50,526 nt of DNA from Aquificaceae bacterium (GCA_039630295.1 JBCNVH010000009.1:1-50526); one strand, 5' to 3'. Positions 31,588 to 43,152 are shown, numbered from the stretch's first letter. Program-made: numbers and translations. Notes: generated by a model from the letters alone, not told the origin.

Positions 31588-32942
31588 GCCCTTTTCAAAG
31601 ATAGAAACTCCTCACACCATCGTGAGATGCTACCCGCACCCATGAAGAGCAGAACCTTCCCCTCACAGGCATACTCCTCAACCTTCTCAAAGAGCTCCTC
31701 CTTCGTAGGACAGAAGATACAACCCGCACCCTTTGCCAGTTCCTCCACCTTTACACCGTAAGAGTTTTCCTCGCCCGCAGGGTATACCTCGGTAAGCAGG
31801 CAGAGGTCTGCCTCCCTAAGGACCTGCAGGAAGTCTTCAAAAAGGTAATGGGTTCTTGAATATCTGTGAGGCTGGAAGGCAAGCACCACCTTTCTCTCGG
31901 GATACATCTCTCTGACTGTGCTGAGGACAGCTCTTATCTCTGTTGGGTGATGCCCATAGTCGTCGTAGACGGGCACATCTCCAAAATAGCCTTTAAATTC
32001 AAGTCTTCTTTCTGCGTTCCTGAAGCTATGTAGAGATTCTCTTATGGTTTCAAAGTCTATACCCGCTTCGAGACACACGCAGGTGCAGGCAAGGGCGTTG
32101 TATACATTGTGCCTTCCCGGCACCCCCAGATAAACCTCTCCGAGCCTTTCCCCCTCCTGCCAGAGCTCAAATAAATACCTGCCTTCTAAAAGTCTCAGGT
32201 TGGTAGCCCTCAGGCTCGCCTCCCTATCTATACCGTAACTCATAACCCTTCTGTGGGTCCTCTCTTCTATCCATCTACAGCTCTGGTCATCCCTGTTTAG
32301 AACCACGAGACCATAGAAAGGAACCGCATCCGCAAACTTTAAAAAGGCTTCTCTTATATCCTGAAGGTCTTTGTAAAAGCCTAAGTGCTCTCTGTCTATG
32401 TTGGTAATTACCGCCACGGTGGGGAGGAGCTTGAGAAAGCTTCCGTCGCTCTCATCTGCCTCGGAGATGATGAGCTTGTCCTTTCCCAGCTTTGCGTTAG
32501 AGCCAAGACTCTGAAGCACTCCACCTATAAGCACGGTAGGGTCGTAGCCTGCCATGTGGAAGGTGTGTGCTATCATGGAGGTGGTCGTGGTCTTTCCATG
32601 AGAACCGCAGACCGCTATACCCTCATCAAGCCTGAAGAGCTCCGCCAACATCTCACCCCTTGGTATAACGGGAATGCCAAGAGCCTTAGCCCTCTTAAGC
32701 TCGGGGTTTTCCTCGGAGACCGCAGAGGAGTAAACTACTACCTGAGCCCTCCCCAGGTTCTCCTCTCTGTGTCCCAAGAATATCTTCGCACCCCTTCTCT
32801 TAAGGAGCTCCGTGTTTTTGTTTTCCCTGAGGTCTGAACCGGATACCTCGTAGCCCATCTCAAGGAGTATCTGAGCTATACCGCTCATGCCTATACCGCC
32901 TATGCCTACAAAATGGAAGCTTTTGACCTTTTCTCTGAACAT
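31584..32942 (-). CDS. murC: UDP-N-acetylmuramate-L-alanine ligase
   Basis: GIGGIGMS, GSHGKTTT, EADESDGSF, DDYGHHPTE, FQPHRYSRT. Confidence 0.97.
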   Translation of the reverse strand: MFREKVKSFHFVGIGGIGMSGIAQILLEMGYEVSGSDLRENKNTELLKRRGAKIFLGHREENLGRAQVVVYSSAVSEENPELKRAKALGIPVIPRGEMLAELFRLDEGIAVCGSHGKTTTTSMIAHTFHMAGYDPTVLIGGVLQSLGSNAKLGKDKLIISEADESDGSFLKLLPTVAVITNIDREHLGFYKDLQDIREAFLKFADAVPFYGLVVLNRDDQSCRWIEERTHRRVMSYGIDREASLRATNLRLLEGRYLFELWQEGERLGEVYLGVPGRHNVYNALACTCVCLEAGIDFETIRESLHSFRNAERRLEFKGYFGDVPVYDDYGHHPTEIRAVLSTVREMYPERKVVLAFQPHRYSRTHYLFEDFLQVLREADLCLLTEVYPAGEENSYGVKVEELAKGAGCIFCPTKEELFEKVEEYACEGKVLLFMGAGSISRWCEEFLSLKRA

Positions 32943-32961
32943 GGGTATATTATATCTCCCA
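32943..32961. promoter_or_regulatory. Overlapping divergent -10 elements for murC and tRNA-Arg
   Basis: TATAAT (-) then 6 nt to the murC ATG. TATTAT (+, 32948-53) then 8 nt to the tRNA 5' end. Confidence 0.65.
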
Positions 32962-33035
32962 GTGCCCGTAGCTCAGTAGGACAGAGCGTGGGTCTCCGGA
33001 ACCCAAGGTCGGGGGTTCAAATCCCCCCGGGCACT
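32962..33035 (+). tRNA. tRNA-Arg(CCG), CCA not encoded
   Basis: GTGCCCG/CGGGCAC acceptor, TGGGT-ctCCGga-ACCCA, GGGGG-TTCAAAT-CCCCC. Confidence 0.95.
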
Positions 33036-33036
33036 T

Positions 33037-34047
33037 TTAGTGCCATACACCCGGCAGTTTTAACCCACAGTGGGGACAGGAACCGTTCAGCAGGTGGCTT
33101 TTGGTTCTGTAGCCCACCCTCTCAATTACCTTCCTGAAACATCCAGGGCAGTAGGTGGATTCAAGGTCTTCATCCCAGTAGTTGCCCACATACACAAAGT
33201 TAAGACCCTCTTCCTTCCCTATGTGATATGCCTTTCTCAGACTGTCTATAGGTGTGGGTGGAACATCCAGCATCTTGTAGGCGGGGAAAAACCTTGATAT
33301 GTGCCAGGGTATGTCTCTCGATATACCAGCTATGAACCTGGCTATACTCCTCAGCTCCTCCTCCGAGTCGTTGTAACCGGGTATAAGAAGGGTGGTTACC
33401 TCCACCCATATGCCCTTGCTATAGGCATGTTCTATAGTTTTGAGGACGGGCTTCAGCCTTGCACCGCATACCTTCCTGTAAAAATCGTCAGAGAAGGACT
33501 TAAGGTCTATGTTCATGGCGTCAAGGTAAGGTAGAGCTATATCTATGGCTTCCTCCGTCTCGTATCCGCTGGTGACAAAAACGTTCCTTATACCCTTCTC
33601 CTTTGCCAGCTTCATGGTGTCGTAAGCAAACTCGAAGAAAATGACAGGCTCGTTGTAGGTGTAAGATAGGGAGGGTGCTCCGTATAGCTGTGCCAGTCTT
33701 ACTATTTCCTCCGGGCTCATCTCCTCTCCAAAGACCTGGTAGTTGTGCGTCTGCGGATACTGGGATATCTCCCAGTTCTGACAAAATTGACAGGAGAAGT
33801 TACATCCAAGGGTGCCTATAGAGAGGCTCTGTGTGGAAGGTAGAAAGTGGAAAAGGGGCTTTTTCTCTATTGGGTCAAGGTTTAGGGCGGACAGGAGCCC
33901 GTATAGAGTAAGGTAGAGCCTTCCACCTTCGCTAACCCTCACACCGCACTTCCCATACTCGCCCTCCTTCAGGAGGCACCTCTGACTGCAGGCTTTACAA
34001 AGTATCCCCCTGTCTTTTGGCTCGCTCAACCACGCCAGGCTTTTCAT
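33037..34047 (-). CDS. amrS: AmmeMemoRadiSam radical SAM enzyme
   Basis: Start MKSLAW. CKACSQRC...CGVR, DPIEKKPL, CNFSCQFCQNWEIS, YTYNEP, C-terminal CPGC/CPHC. Confidence 0.92.
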   Translation of the reverse strand: MKSLAWLSEPKDRGILCKACSQRCLLKEGEYGKCGVRVSEGGRLYLTLYGLLSALNLDPIEKKPLFHFLPSTQSLSIGTLGCNFSCQFCQNWEISQYPQTHNYQVFGEEMSPEEIVRLAQLYGAPSLSYTYNEPVIFFEFAYDTMKLAKEKGIRNVFVTSGYETEEAIDIALPYLDAMNIDLKSFSDDFYRKVCGARLKPVLKTIEHAYSKGIWVEVTTLLIPGYNDSEEELRSIARFIAGISRDIPWHISRFFPAYKMLDVPPTPIDSLRKAYHIGKEEGLNFVYVGNYWDEDLESTYCPGCFRKVIERVGYRTKSHLLNGSCPHCGLKLPGVWH

Positions 34048-34065
34048 GGGTATAAATTTAAAGGG
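34048..34065. promoter_or_regulatory. Overlapping divergent -10 elements for amrS and amrB
   Basis: gggtataaatttaaaggg gives TAAATT, 7 nt, ATG on both strands. Confidence 0.7.
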
Positions 34066-34841
34066 ATGAGGATAAGAAAGCCAGCGGCGGCAGGAAGCTT
34101 TTATCCCTCCGACCCGGAAAGGCTCGCAAGTTACGTAGACAGTCTTGTTGGTGAGAGGCTGGAGCTGGAAGGTGAGGTAGAGGGGCTCATATCCCCCCAT
34201 GCAGGCTATGACTACTCAGGTCCTATCGCAGGAAGAGTTTACTCACTGCTAAGGGGGAGGAGTTTTAAGAGGGTTCTCCTCATAGGACCCTCACATTTTG
34301 TGGACTTTGATGGTTTATCCCTGGGTAGCTTTGACCTCTTTGAAACACCTCTGGGTGCTGTGAGGGTTGATAGAGAGGCTGTGGATGCCTATGCGAGGGG
34401 CAGGAGATGGATGCTGGAAGACCTTCCCCACCTTCTGGGAACACTCCCTTGAGGTTCAGCTTCCTTCCTCCAGAGACTGCTGGGAAATTTCCTCCTAATA
34501 CCCAGTCCTTTGCAAAGGTAGGGGTTGAGGAGATTGAGGGGCTTATGGAGCACTTCTGTAATCAGGAAACCCTCTTTGTTGTTAGCTCCGACCTTAGCCA
34601 TTACTATGACGATGATACCGCAAGGAGGATAGACAGCCACTGTCATGCCTGGATAGAGAGGGGAGAAGAAACCTCCATGAATGTATGCGAAGCCTGTGGT
34701 AAAAGGGGCATAGAGGGGGCACTTTCCTACGCGAGGAAAAGGGGGCTCATAGCAAGGCTTGTAGCCTATGGAACTTCGGCAGACACATCAGGCGACAGAG
34801 GTAGGGTTGTAGGCTATGGGGGCTACGTCTTCACCCGGTAA
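34066..34841 (+). CDS. amrB: AmmeMemoRadiSam protein B (MEMO1 family), indels near 34440-34505
   Basis: RKPAAAGSFYP, PHAGY, GPSH, EHSLEVQL (shifted frame), SSDLSHY, ACG, VVGY. Confidence 0.9.
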
Positions 34842-34859
34842 TATATTGGGCTTTTTTGC

Positions 34860-35405
34860 CTAACCCCCCATAATTTCTTTTTCCTTCCCCTCCGCCAGCT
34901 GGTTTATCTCCTCTATGTATCTGTCCGTGAGCTTCTGAAGCCTTTCTAAAGCTCTCTTTATCTCATCCTCCGATACACCCTCCATGTCCTCTATGAGCTC
35001 CTTTGCCTCCCTCCTTATGTTCCTTACCGCTACCCTTGCCTCTTCTGCCATCTTGTGGAGCATCTTTGTCAGCTCTTTTCTTCTCTCCTCCGTCAGAGGT
35101 GGAAGGGTAATCCTGAGCAGGTTGCCCTGTCGCTGAGGTGTGAGGTTCAGGTTTTCCATTATAGCCTTCTCCACGCTTGAGACTGCGTTGGTGTCCCATA
35201 TCTGTAGGGTTATCTGGTTTACATCCGTCACGCTTATGGTGCCCAGCTGTTTGAGGGGCACTCTTGAGCCGTAATATTCCACCTTCAGCTCCTCCACCAG
35301 CGAGGTGCTTGCCCTGCCCGTTCTCAGACCCGCTATCTCGTTCCTGAAGTAGTTGATAGCCTTCTTCATGTCCTCTTCAGTGCTTCTGAATATGTCCTCC
35401 ATCAT
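34860..35405 (-). CDS. frr: Ribosome recycling factor
   Basis: LRTGRAS, VEYYG, PPLTEERRKEL, RVAVRNIRR. Confidence 0.97.
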   Translation of the reverse strand: MMEDIFRSTEEDMKKAINYFRNEIAGLRTGRASTSLVEELKVEYYGSRVPLKQLGTISVTDVNQITLQIWDTNAVSSVEKAIMENLNLTPQRQGNLLRITLPPLTEERRKELTKMLHKMAEEARVAVRNIRREAKELIEDMEGVSEDEIKRALERLQKLTDRYIEEINQLAEGKEKEIMGG

Positions 35406-35416
35406 GGTGAAACCTC

Positions 35417-36989
<1,573 letters not shown>

Positions 36990-37000
36990 CCTCGACCTCC

Positions 37001-37822
37001 TTACTCTTCTTCTATACCCTTGTCAATGTATTCGTATTTCTCGGACATCTCCATAGCCTTCTCAAAGAGCACCTTTTCCTCTTCCTCCACCGCAATGACC
37101 CTTCTTTTGGGCACTTCAATAACCTCGCCCAGGCTTTCCCTTCTCTGTTTGCCTTCCAGAATGGCATCCGCAATCTTTGAGGTGAGTAGCTTTATGGACT
37201 TTATGGCGTCGTCGTTGCCCGGTATGGGGTAGTCTATCAGGTCAGGGTCGCAGTTGGAGTCCGCTATTGCTACCACCGTTATACCCAGCTTCTTCGCCTC
37301 CTCAAGGGCTATGGCTTCTCTTACCGTGTCCACCACCCAGAGGATGTTGGGTAGCCTTTCCATGTTCACTATCCCTCCGTAAAGCTTCCTGAGCTTTTCC
37401 ATCTTTCTGCGGAGCTCTCTCACCTCCTTCTTGGGAAGCACTTCAAAAACACCCTCTGACTCCATCCTCTCAAGGGTGTGGAGTTTTAGGATGCTTTTTC
37501 GGACGGTTCGGAAGTTGGTGAGAAGTCCACCCACCCACCTTTCGTTTACATAGGGCACGCCTGCCCTCTCCGCCTCTTCCTTTATGACATCCTTTGCCTG
37601 CTTTTTTGTGCCCACAAAGAGCACCTCCGCACCCTGGGCTACGCTGTCCGCCACGAAGTGGTAAGCCTGCTCCAGGTAGACCACCGTCTTGTTTAGGTCT
37701 ACTATGTGTATGCCGTTACGGACACCATAGAGATAGGGTGCCATCTTGGGGTTCCACCTGCCTTTAGAGTGTCCAAAGTGGACCCCAGCCTCTAAAAGGT
37801 CTCTCATAGATATGACTGCCAT
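37001..37822 (-). CDS. rpsB: 30S ribosomal protein S2
   Basis: [48 protein letters not shown]. Confidence 0.98.
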   Translation of the reverse strand: MAVISMRDLLEAGVHFGHSKGRWNPKMAPYLYGVRNGIHIVDLNKTVVYLEQAYHFVADSVAQGAEVLFVGTKKQAKDVIKEEAERAGVPYVNERWVGGLLTNFRTVRKSILKLHTLERMESEGVFEVLPKKEVRELRRKMEKLRKLYGGIVNMERLPNILWVVDTVREAIALEEAKKLGITVVAIADSNCDPDLIDYPIPGNDDAIKSIKLLTSKIADAILEGKQRRESLGEVIEVPKRRVIAVEEEEKVLFEKAMEMSEKYEYIDKGIEEE

Positions 37823-37910
37823 TTTTACCTCCTTGGGTTTTGCCACCCTTTCCCAAACCCATAAGGGCAACCCAACGGGAAAGGTGCGGTCTTGGGCTAA
37901 GATTATAGCA
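37823..37910 (-). promoter_or_regulatory. rpsB extended -10 promoter and structured S2 autoregulatory leader
   Basis: TGcTATAAT (37910-37902). CACCTTTCCC/GGGAAAGGGTG stem with inner GCCC-ttat-GGGT. TTGGGTT is complementary to AACCCAA next to the SD. Confidence 0.75.
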
Positions 37911-38755
37911 TAAGCTGTTCTCTGCTGAAGCGGTATACCCTCTTGCAGAACTTACAGACAACCTCCGCAGGACCTTCGCTCAGTATGTCCTCCAATTCCT
38001 CCTGCTCAAGAAGCATGAGGCTTGAGCGAGCTATCTCCTCACTGCAGGGAGCAGTGGGTGCCTATCTCCTTAAGACCTATGAGCCTTGGTTCCATGCCCT
38101 TAAGGATTTCCCTTGCCATTTCTTCCGGTCTCTTACCCCCAAGGGACAGAGCTCTTATGTTTTCTTCAAGATGTTCCACGCTCTTTTGAGATACACCGGA
38201 GAGCACCTGCACCAGATAGGCGCCGGCTTCCCTGACAGAGCCATCCTCCTCAAAAGAAAGGAGCAACTGCAGGTAGGTTCTGGTCTGCTCTGACTGTTCA
38301 AAGTAAAAACTGAGAGCTTCCTGAAAGTTTCTGCCCACAACCGGCACGATGCTGGTGTAAGGCGTGCCAAGCCTTAGCTCCTTCACCACGTTAATAGTGC
38401 CCTCACTCCAGCAGTCCTGAGGGTTACCCTCCAGAAAACCTCTTACCCTTCCCCTGCCATCCGCCTCCGCCACCACCACACCGCAGGTGTTCTGCATCTT
38501 GAAGAGCACCTTCTGGGTCGTGGCATGCTTTACCAGAGAGGTGAGTAAAAGCACGGACAGGATGGAGTAGCCAAGAGTCTCTGCTGGCTTGTCCTTGAGC
38601 TGGTGAAGTCTTCTGGCAGTTTCCAAGGTCCTTCTGGCTCTCAGGGTGTAAACCCTTATGAGCTCCTCCTTTGGCACAGCCACCACCATGTAGTCTTCTT
38701 CCTGAAAGTAGTCTCTCAATTCTCTTTCTGTCTGATTGTTCAGGTCTCTATACAT
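37903..38755 (-). CDS. hslO: Hsp33 redox chaperone (frameshifted near 38055)
   Basis: [25 protein letters not shown]. The distal frame gives [10 protein letters not shown]...[14 protein letters not shown]...*. Confidence 0.9.
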
Positions 38756-38957
38756 GCTTTTAAAGATAGTTCACATCCGTCGGATGAGAAATTAAAGAAG
38801 CGTAAAAACCCTTTCTCAAAAAACCTCGCATAGCAAGATGTAATATTATAGTATTAGGACACAACTTCTTGCAGAAAAAGAGAAGGTCTCACCTAGTTTG
38901 ATGGCTTAACCAGGCGTAGTTTAAAAATCTATGGAGATTTCTGCGTTAAGCAAAGTA

Positions 38958-39503
38958 TTAATATGATAGCTCCATTTTGTCTGGTATCAGAAAATAGCCG
39001 ATGGCTATAAGTATGCCGCCCAGTAGTATGAGCAAAGAGCCAAGACCGAAGGCTATGAGCAGTATGTTGCCTATGAACCACAAAAGCCCCCCTATAGAGA
39101 GCATCTTCTGACCAGTTTTGGCGCCCAGGATATCATAGGCCCTCTTGTAGTAATAGGCTGCTATTATGCCAAGTATATAAGCCAAGAGCATCGCCACCAT
39201 CACACCAAAGCCAAAACTAGGTAGATTGAATTCCAAACCGCCAGCAAAGATACCGGTTATTAAAGAGCCAAGCCCGAAAAGATAGACTACAAAAAAGCTA
39301 ACTATGGATATAACCAGACCAATTATATACTTGTTGAAGATATCCTTCTCCTTGAGTAGCTCTGAAAACTTGTGCATGGCAACTGCTACCAGAACTACCC
39401 CCACTATGCCTGTTACTAACAGGAAGGGTGAAAGGAGAATCAATATCATGCCGATGCCACCGAGCAGTTTGGGTGTGTTTAAGTTTACCACGCTGTTTTC
39501 CAT
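38958..39503 (-). CDS. DUF996-like membrane protein
   Basis: KLLGGIG.IL, G.VLV.VA....S, IF.KY, L..KTG...F/L..GG, IGYF.IP pattern. SD GGAGG. AT-rich flanks. Confidence 0.75.
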   Translation of the reverse strand: MENSVVNLNTPKLLGGIGMILILLSPFLLVTGIVGVVLVAVAMHKFSELLKEKDIFNKYIIGLVISIVSFFVVYLFGLGSLITGIFAGGLEFNLPSFGFGVMVAMLLAYILGIIAAYYYKRAYDILGAKTGQKMLSIGGLLWFIGNILLIAFGLGSLLILLGGILIAIGYFLIPDKMELSY

Positions 39504-39710
39504 CTTTATGACCTCCCGTTTGTATTTTCAAAAATTATACATCAAGTGTGCTATGTCCAATAATTAACCTAACTATCTAATTTCACTTTGACTCACAGGG
39601 TGTTTTATGACTTCTTAAAGAACAGTAAATTACCAACTGTGTTTTATGCTCTTCTCAGTCTCTTTTCATAGGGTGATGTTTTCTCACTGGTCTATATTAG
39701 ACAAGGCAGT

Positions 39711-40817
39711 TCATAGGTTGAACCTGAAGTAGACTATGTCCCCATCCCTTATTTCGTATTCCTTACCCTCAAGCCTCACAAGACCGAGTTCCTTTGCCTT
39801 AGCTATAGACCCCACTCTGATGTAGTCTTCATAGTTTATCACCTCCGCCGCTATAAAGCCCCTTTCAAAGTCCGAGTGTATCTTGCCAGCCGCCTGCGGA
39901 GCTTTCGTTCCCTTCTTTATAGTCCATGCTCTTGTCTCCTTCTCCCCTGCGGTGAAAAAGGTTATGAGCTCCAGAAGTCTGTAGGCTTCTCTGATAAGTT
40001 TGTTCAGCCCCGGCTCCTCAAGCCCGTAGGACCGTAAGAGCTCCTTTTTTTCCTCACCCTCCAGCCCTATGAGCTCTTCCTCAAGCTTTGCACATATAAG
40101 CACCGCAGGTGCTCCCTCTTCCTGTGCGTATTTAAAAACTCTCTCGCTAAGTAGGTTTCCCTCTGGCAGGTCCTTTTCTCCCACATTTGCCACATACATA
40201 AGAGGCTTTAGTGTAAGAAGAAAAAGACTCCTTTTAGCGTAGTCCACAACTTCCGCGGGCAGTGTCTTTGCGCGCCTCCTTAGAGGTTCCATGTTTTCAA
40301 GGATAGATTTAAGTGCGTTTAGAGCCTCAAGCTCTTCACGGGATTTTTTGTCGCCCAGCCTTGCCATCTTCTCCACCCTCTCCAGTCTTTTATCCACCGT
40401 CTCCAGGTCCTTGGCTATGAGCTCAAGGTCTATTATCTGGGCATCTCTGACCGGGTCTACAGATCCCTCCACATGCACCACCTGAGGATCTTCAAAACAA
40501 CGCAGAACCATCGCTATAGCATCCACCTCCCTTATGTGGGCGAGGAACTGATTGCCCAGACCTTCCCCCTTGCTGGCGTTACGCACAAGCCCCGCTATAT
40601 CCACGAACTCTATAAAGGTGGGGGTTATCTTCCCTGACCTTTCCCTCCTTGCTATCTCCTGAAGCCTCCGGTCTGGCACCTCTACTGTCCCTAGGTTAGG
40701 CTCTATGGTGCAGAAGGGGTAATTGGCGGCTGTTGCCTTGGCAGACTGGAGCAGGGCGTTAAACAGGGTAGACTTACCCACATTTGGCAAACCCACTATA
40801 CCTACGCTCAGAGCCAT
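39711..40817 (-). CDS. ychF: Redox-regulated ATPase YchF
   Basis: GLPNVGKST, ANYPFCTIEPN, DIAGLV, GEGLGNQFL, IHSDFERGFI. Confidence 0.97.
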   Translation of the reverse strand: MALSVGIVGLPNVGKSTLFNALLQSAKATAANYPFCTIEPNLGTVEVPDRRLQEIARRERSGKITPTFIEFVDIAGLVRNASKGEGLGNQFLAHIREVDAIAMVLRCFEDPQVVHVEGSVDPVRDAQIIDLELIAKDLETVDKRLERVEKMARLGDKKSREELEALNALKSILENMEPLRRRAKTLPAEVVDYAKRSLFLLTLKPLMYVANVGEKDLPEGNLLSERVFKYAQEEGAPAVLICAKLEEELIGLEGEEKKELLRSYGLEEPGLNKLIREAYRLLELITFFTAGEKETRAWTIKKGTKAPQAAGKIHSDFERGFIAAEVINYEDYIRVGSIAKAKELGLVRLEGKEYEIRDGDIVYFRFNL

Positions 40818-40865
40818 AAGTTTTATAAATATAGCAGGGTTTTTCTACTTTGCTGGAAATGGGGT

Positions 40866-41897
40866 TTAAACCCTGAACCCACTGTAAAAGGCTTGGGTTT
40901 TGAGCAGGACCTCCTGCCATTCCTTCTGTGGCAAGGAGTCCCAGACTATGCCCGCACCGGCGTAGTAGGATAACCTGTCTCCTGAGCCTATGGCTGTCCT
41001 TATGAGCACGCTCAGGATAAAGTCCTCACCCCGTATAAAGCCTGCACAACCGCAGTAATATTCTCTGTTATGGGGTTCTATCTGGTCTATGACTTCCACC
41101 GCCTTCTTTTTGGGTGCGCCCACCACCGAGGCGGGTGGGAAGGTAGCCTCAAGGATTGGGTGAAGGCTTTCCTCTGTCTGTGCCACCACCCTGGAATGCA
41201 TCTGAAAAAGGGTTCTGAACTTCTCCACGCGAAAGAGCTCCTCCACCTTCACACTTCCGGGCAGTGCTACCCTCGAAAGGTCGTTCCTGACCATGTCGGT
41301 TATCATCAGGTTCTCCGCCCTATCTTTGAGACTTCTCAGGAGCTCTTCCCGTGACCTGGAAGTTCCCTTTATGGGCTTGCTCTGAAGAAGCCTTTTCCCT
41401 TTCTCCAGAAAGAGCTCCATAGAACCTGAGAGCAGGTAAAAGCCCTCTACTTCCAGAAAGAAAGCGTAGGGCACGGGCTGCTGTTGGTAGTATTTGAGAA
41501 AGAGCGTAAGAGGGTCACCGGAGAACTTAAAGTCAAACCTGCAGGTCAGGTTAAGCTGGTATATTACCCCCTCTCCTATAAGCTCTCTGACCCTTTCCAC
41601 CGCAGACATGTAATCCTTCTCTCCAAAGGAAGAGGAGAGGAACTTAAGCTCCGCATCCTTATCAGACTTCATCTTAAAGGGGAAGATATCACCGAGCTCC
41701 AGCAGGATGAGACAGGGATAGGAGGGGGTCTTTAGAGGAAGTCCAAGGGTCTTCGCGCCCGCATGGTAGGAAAGCACCATAAAGCCAGAACTCACAGACT
41801 TCAGACCCTCCAACCCCTCAAGCAGGTGCACCCTCTTTACAGAGGCTTCAAACAGACCCTTCCGCCCAAGCCAGCCTCCGGAGAAGACAAACTTCAT
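40866..41897 (-). CDS. Chorismate-binding enzyme (PabB/TrpE-like)
   Basis: YQLN, SMELF, PIKGT, KDRAENLMITDMVRND, FPPASVVGAPK, IRT, AGAGIVWDS. Confidence 0.88.
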   Translation of the reverse strand: MKFVFSGGWLGRKGLFEASVKRVHLLEGLEGLKSVSSGFMVLSYHAGAKTLGLPLKTPSYPCLILLELGDIFPFKMKSDKDAELKFLSSSFGEKDYMSAVERVRELIGEGVIYQLNLTCRFDFKFSGDPLTLFLKYYQQQPVPYAFFLEVEGFYLLSGSMELFLEKGKRLLQSKPIKGTSRSREELLRSLKDRAENLMITDMVRNDLSRVALPGSVKVEELFRVEKFRTLFQMHSRVVAQTEESLHPILEATFPPASVVGAPKKKAVEVIDQIEPHNREYYCGCAGFIRGEDFILSVLIRTAIGSGDRLSYYAGAGIVWDSLPQKEWQEVLLKTQAFYSGFRV

Positions 41898-42386
41898 TCA
41901 GAGATGCTTCCTCCACTCCTCCACCATCTCTCTGTCCTTATCCACAAGAATAACCCTCTTCAGACTCTTTGCCCTGAAGCTTTTTATCTCTTCCAGCATG
42001 GCTCTTGCGGACGCATCCTTGGGAAGTTTCCCCACACCCGTCCCCATGCCCGGCATGGCTATACTCTCAAAACCCATAAGGTCCGCCAGCTCAAGAGAAG
42101 CTCTCACCGCCTTCCTTACCTTTTCCTCGGTGGTTTCCATGGCTGGCTCTTCCATGGTAGGTGCATGGATTACGCCCCTGTAGTTTAAGCTACCTGCGCC
42201 CGTAAGCACCGCCCCACCTACAGGTATGGGTGCCTTTGCCATCGCCTCCCTTTCTATCTGCTCCCCTCCTGCCCTCTTTATAACCCCTGCCACACCACCA
42301 CCCATAAGACCAAGAGAGTTTGCGGGGTTCACTATAGCATCCACTCTGACCTCAAGAAGGCTTCCCTGAAGAACTTCCACTTCCAT
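41898..42386 (-). CDS. Macro-domain (ADP-ribose-binding) protein
   Basis: DAIVNPANS..MGGGVA, VIHA, PGMGTGVG. Confidence 0.93.
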   Translation of the reverse strand: MEVEVLQGSLLEVRVDAIVNPANSLGLMGGGVAGVIKRAGGEQIEREAMAKAPIPVGGAVLTGAGSLNYRGVIHAPTMEEPAMETTEEKVRKAVRASLELADLMGFESIAMPGMGTGVGKLPKDASARAMLEEIKSFRAKSLKRVILVDKDREMVEEWRKHL

Positions 42387-42396
42387 AGCCCAAAAG

Positions 42397-42470
42397 CGTC
42401 CCCGGGAGGATTCGAACCTCCGACCTCGAGATTAGGAATCTCGCGCTCTGTCCTTCTGAGCTACGGGGAC
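42397..42470 (-). tRNA. tRNA-Arg(CCT), CCA not encoded
   Basis: Reverse complement: GTCCCCG/CGGGGAC acceptor, CGAGA-ttCCTaa-TCTCG, GGAGG-TTCGAAT-CCTCC. Confidence 0.95.
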
Positions 42471-42477
42471 TTAAGTA

Positions 42478-43152
42478 TTATTTTAACACCTTTCCCGTCT
42501 TATAGTAGAAGATATAAAGGTCCAGCTCTCCCTGAGACATACGGAGCTCCTGACACAGCTCTTCCAGCCTTTTCTCCGCTTCAAGGTATACCCTTCTGGT
42601 AAGGGTCTTATAGTCAGGAAGGAGTTTTTTCTCCTTTAGAAAGCGGAAGATGTGCCTGTCCACTATGGCAACCTCCTCGTAGCCTATGTTTCTAAGAAAG
42701 TGAGAGGCTTCCTTCATACCGAACCCTTCCACCTTGTAAGGCGAGCAGGTATCACTCAAAAGGTCTCTTACCTCTTTAGCCTTACCTGGAACTTTTAAAA
42801 GCTCCAGAACCTTTGGAAAGTTTTCCCTTGCCCTTACTATCCTCTCCGCCCTCTGAAGGGCAAACCTGTGCCCTCCGGAGGATATAGCTTTCTCGAGCTC
42901 CTGGAGGCTCAAACTTCTGAAACCCTCCACACCTATTGTCTTCTGCAGTTTTATACCCATAAGGGCGGAGGAGTTGGCGGTAAGGAGACAGAAGCAGAGT
43001 TCAGAGAAGATGTCCGCCTCATACACATAATCCGCAAAGGGTCTGAAGTCAAAGGTAGTTCTGCCCTTCTGCCCCAGCTCTCTAAACTGGGAGAGCCTCT
43101 TCTCTGCGTAGGGTCTTACCCTTTCCCTTACAGCCAGCAAGTCCTCAAACAC
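42478..43152 (-). CDS. ogg: 8-oxoguanine N-glycosylase/DNA lyase (Ogg2 type)
   Basis: ELCFCLLTANSSA, GHRF...RA, GFGMKEASHFLRN, AIVDRH, terminal GKVLK. Confidence 0.92.
   Translation of the reverse strand: MFEDLLAVRERVRPYAEKRLSQFRELGQKGRTTFDFRPFADYVYEADIFSELCFCLLTANSSALMGIKLQKTIGVEGFRSLSLQELEKAISSGGHRFALQRAERIVRARENFPKVLELLKVPGKAKEVRDLLSDTCSPYKVEGFGMKEASHFLRNIGYEEVAIVDRHIFRFLKEKKLLPDYKTLTRRVYLEAEKRLEELCQELRMSQGELDLYIFYYKTGKVLK

Noticed and set aside
41938-41946. Perfect DnaA box TTATCCACA
   Set aside because: Single copy inside the macrodomain CDS, with no cluster or AT-rich unwinding element, so not oriC.
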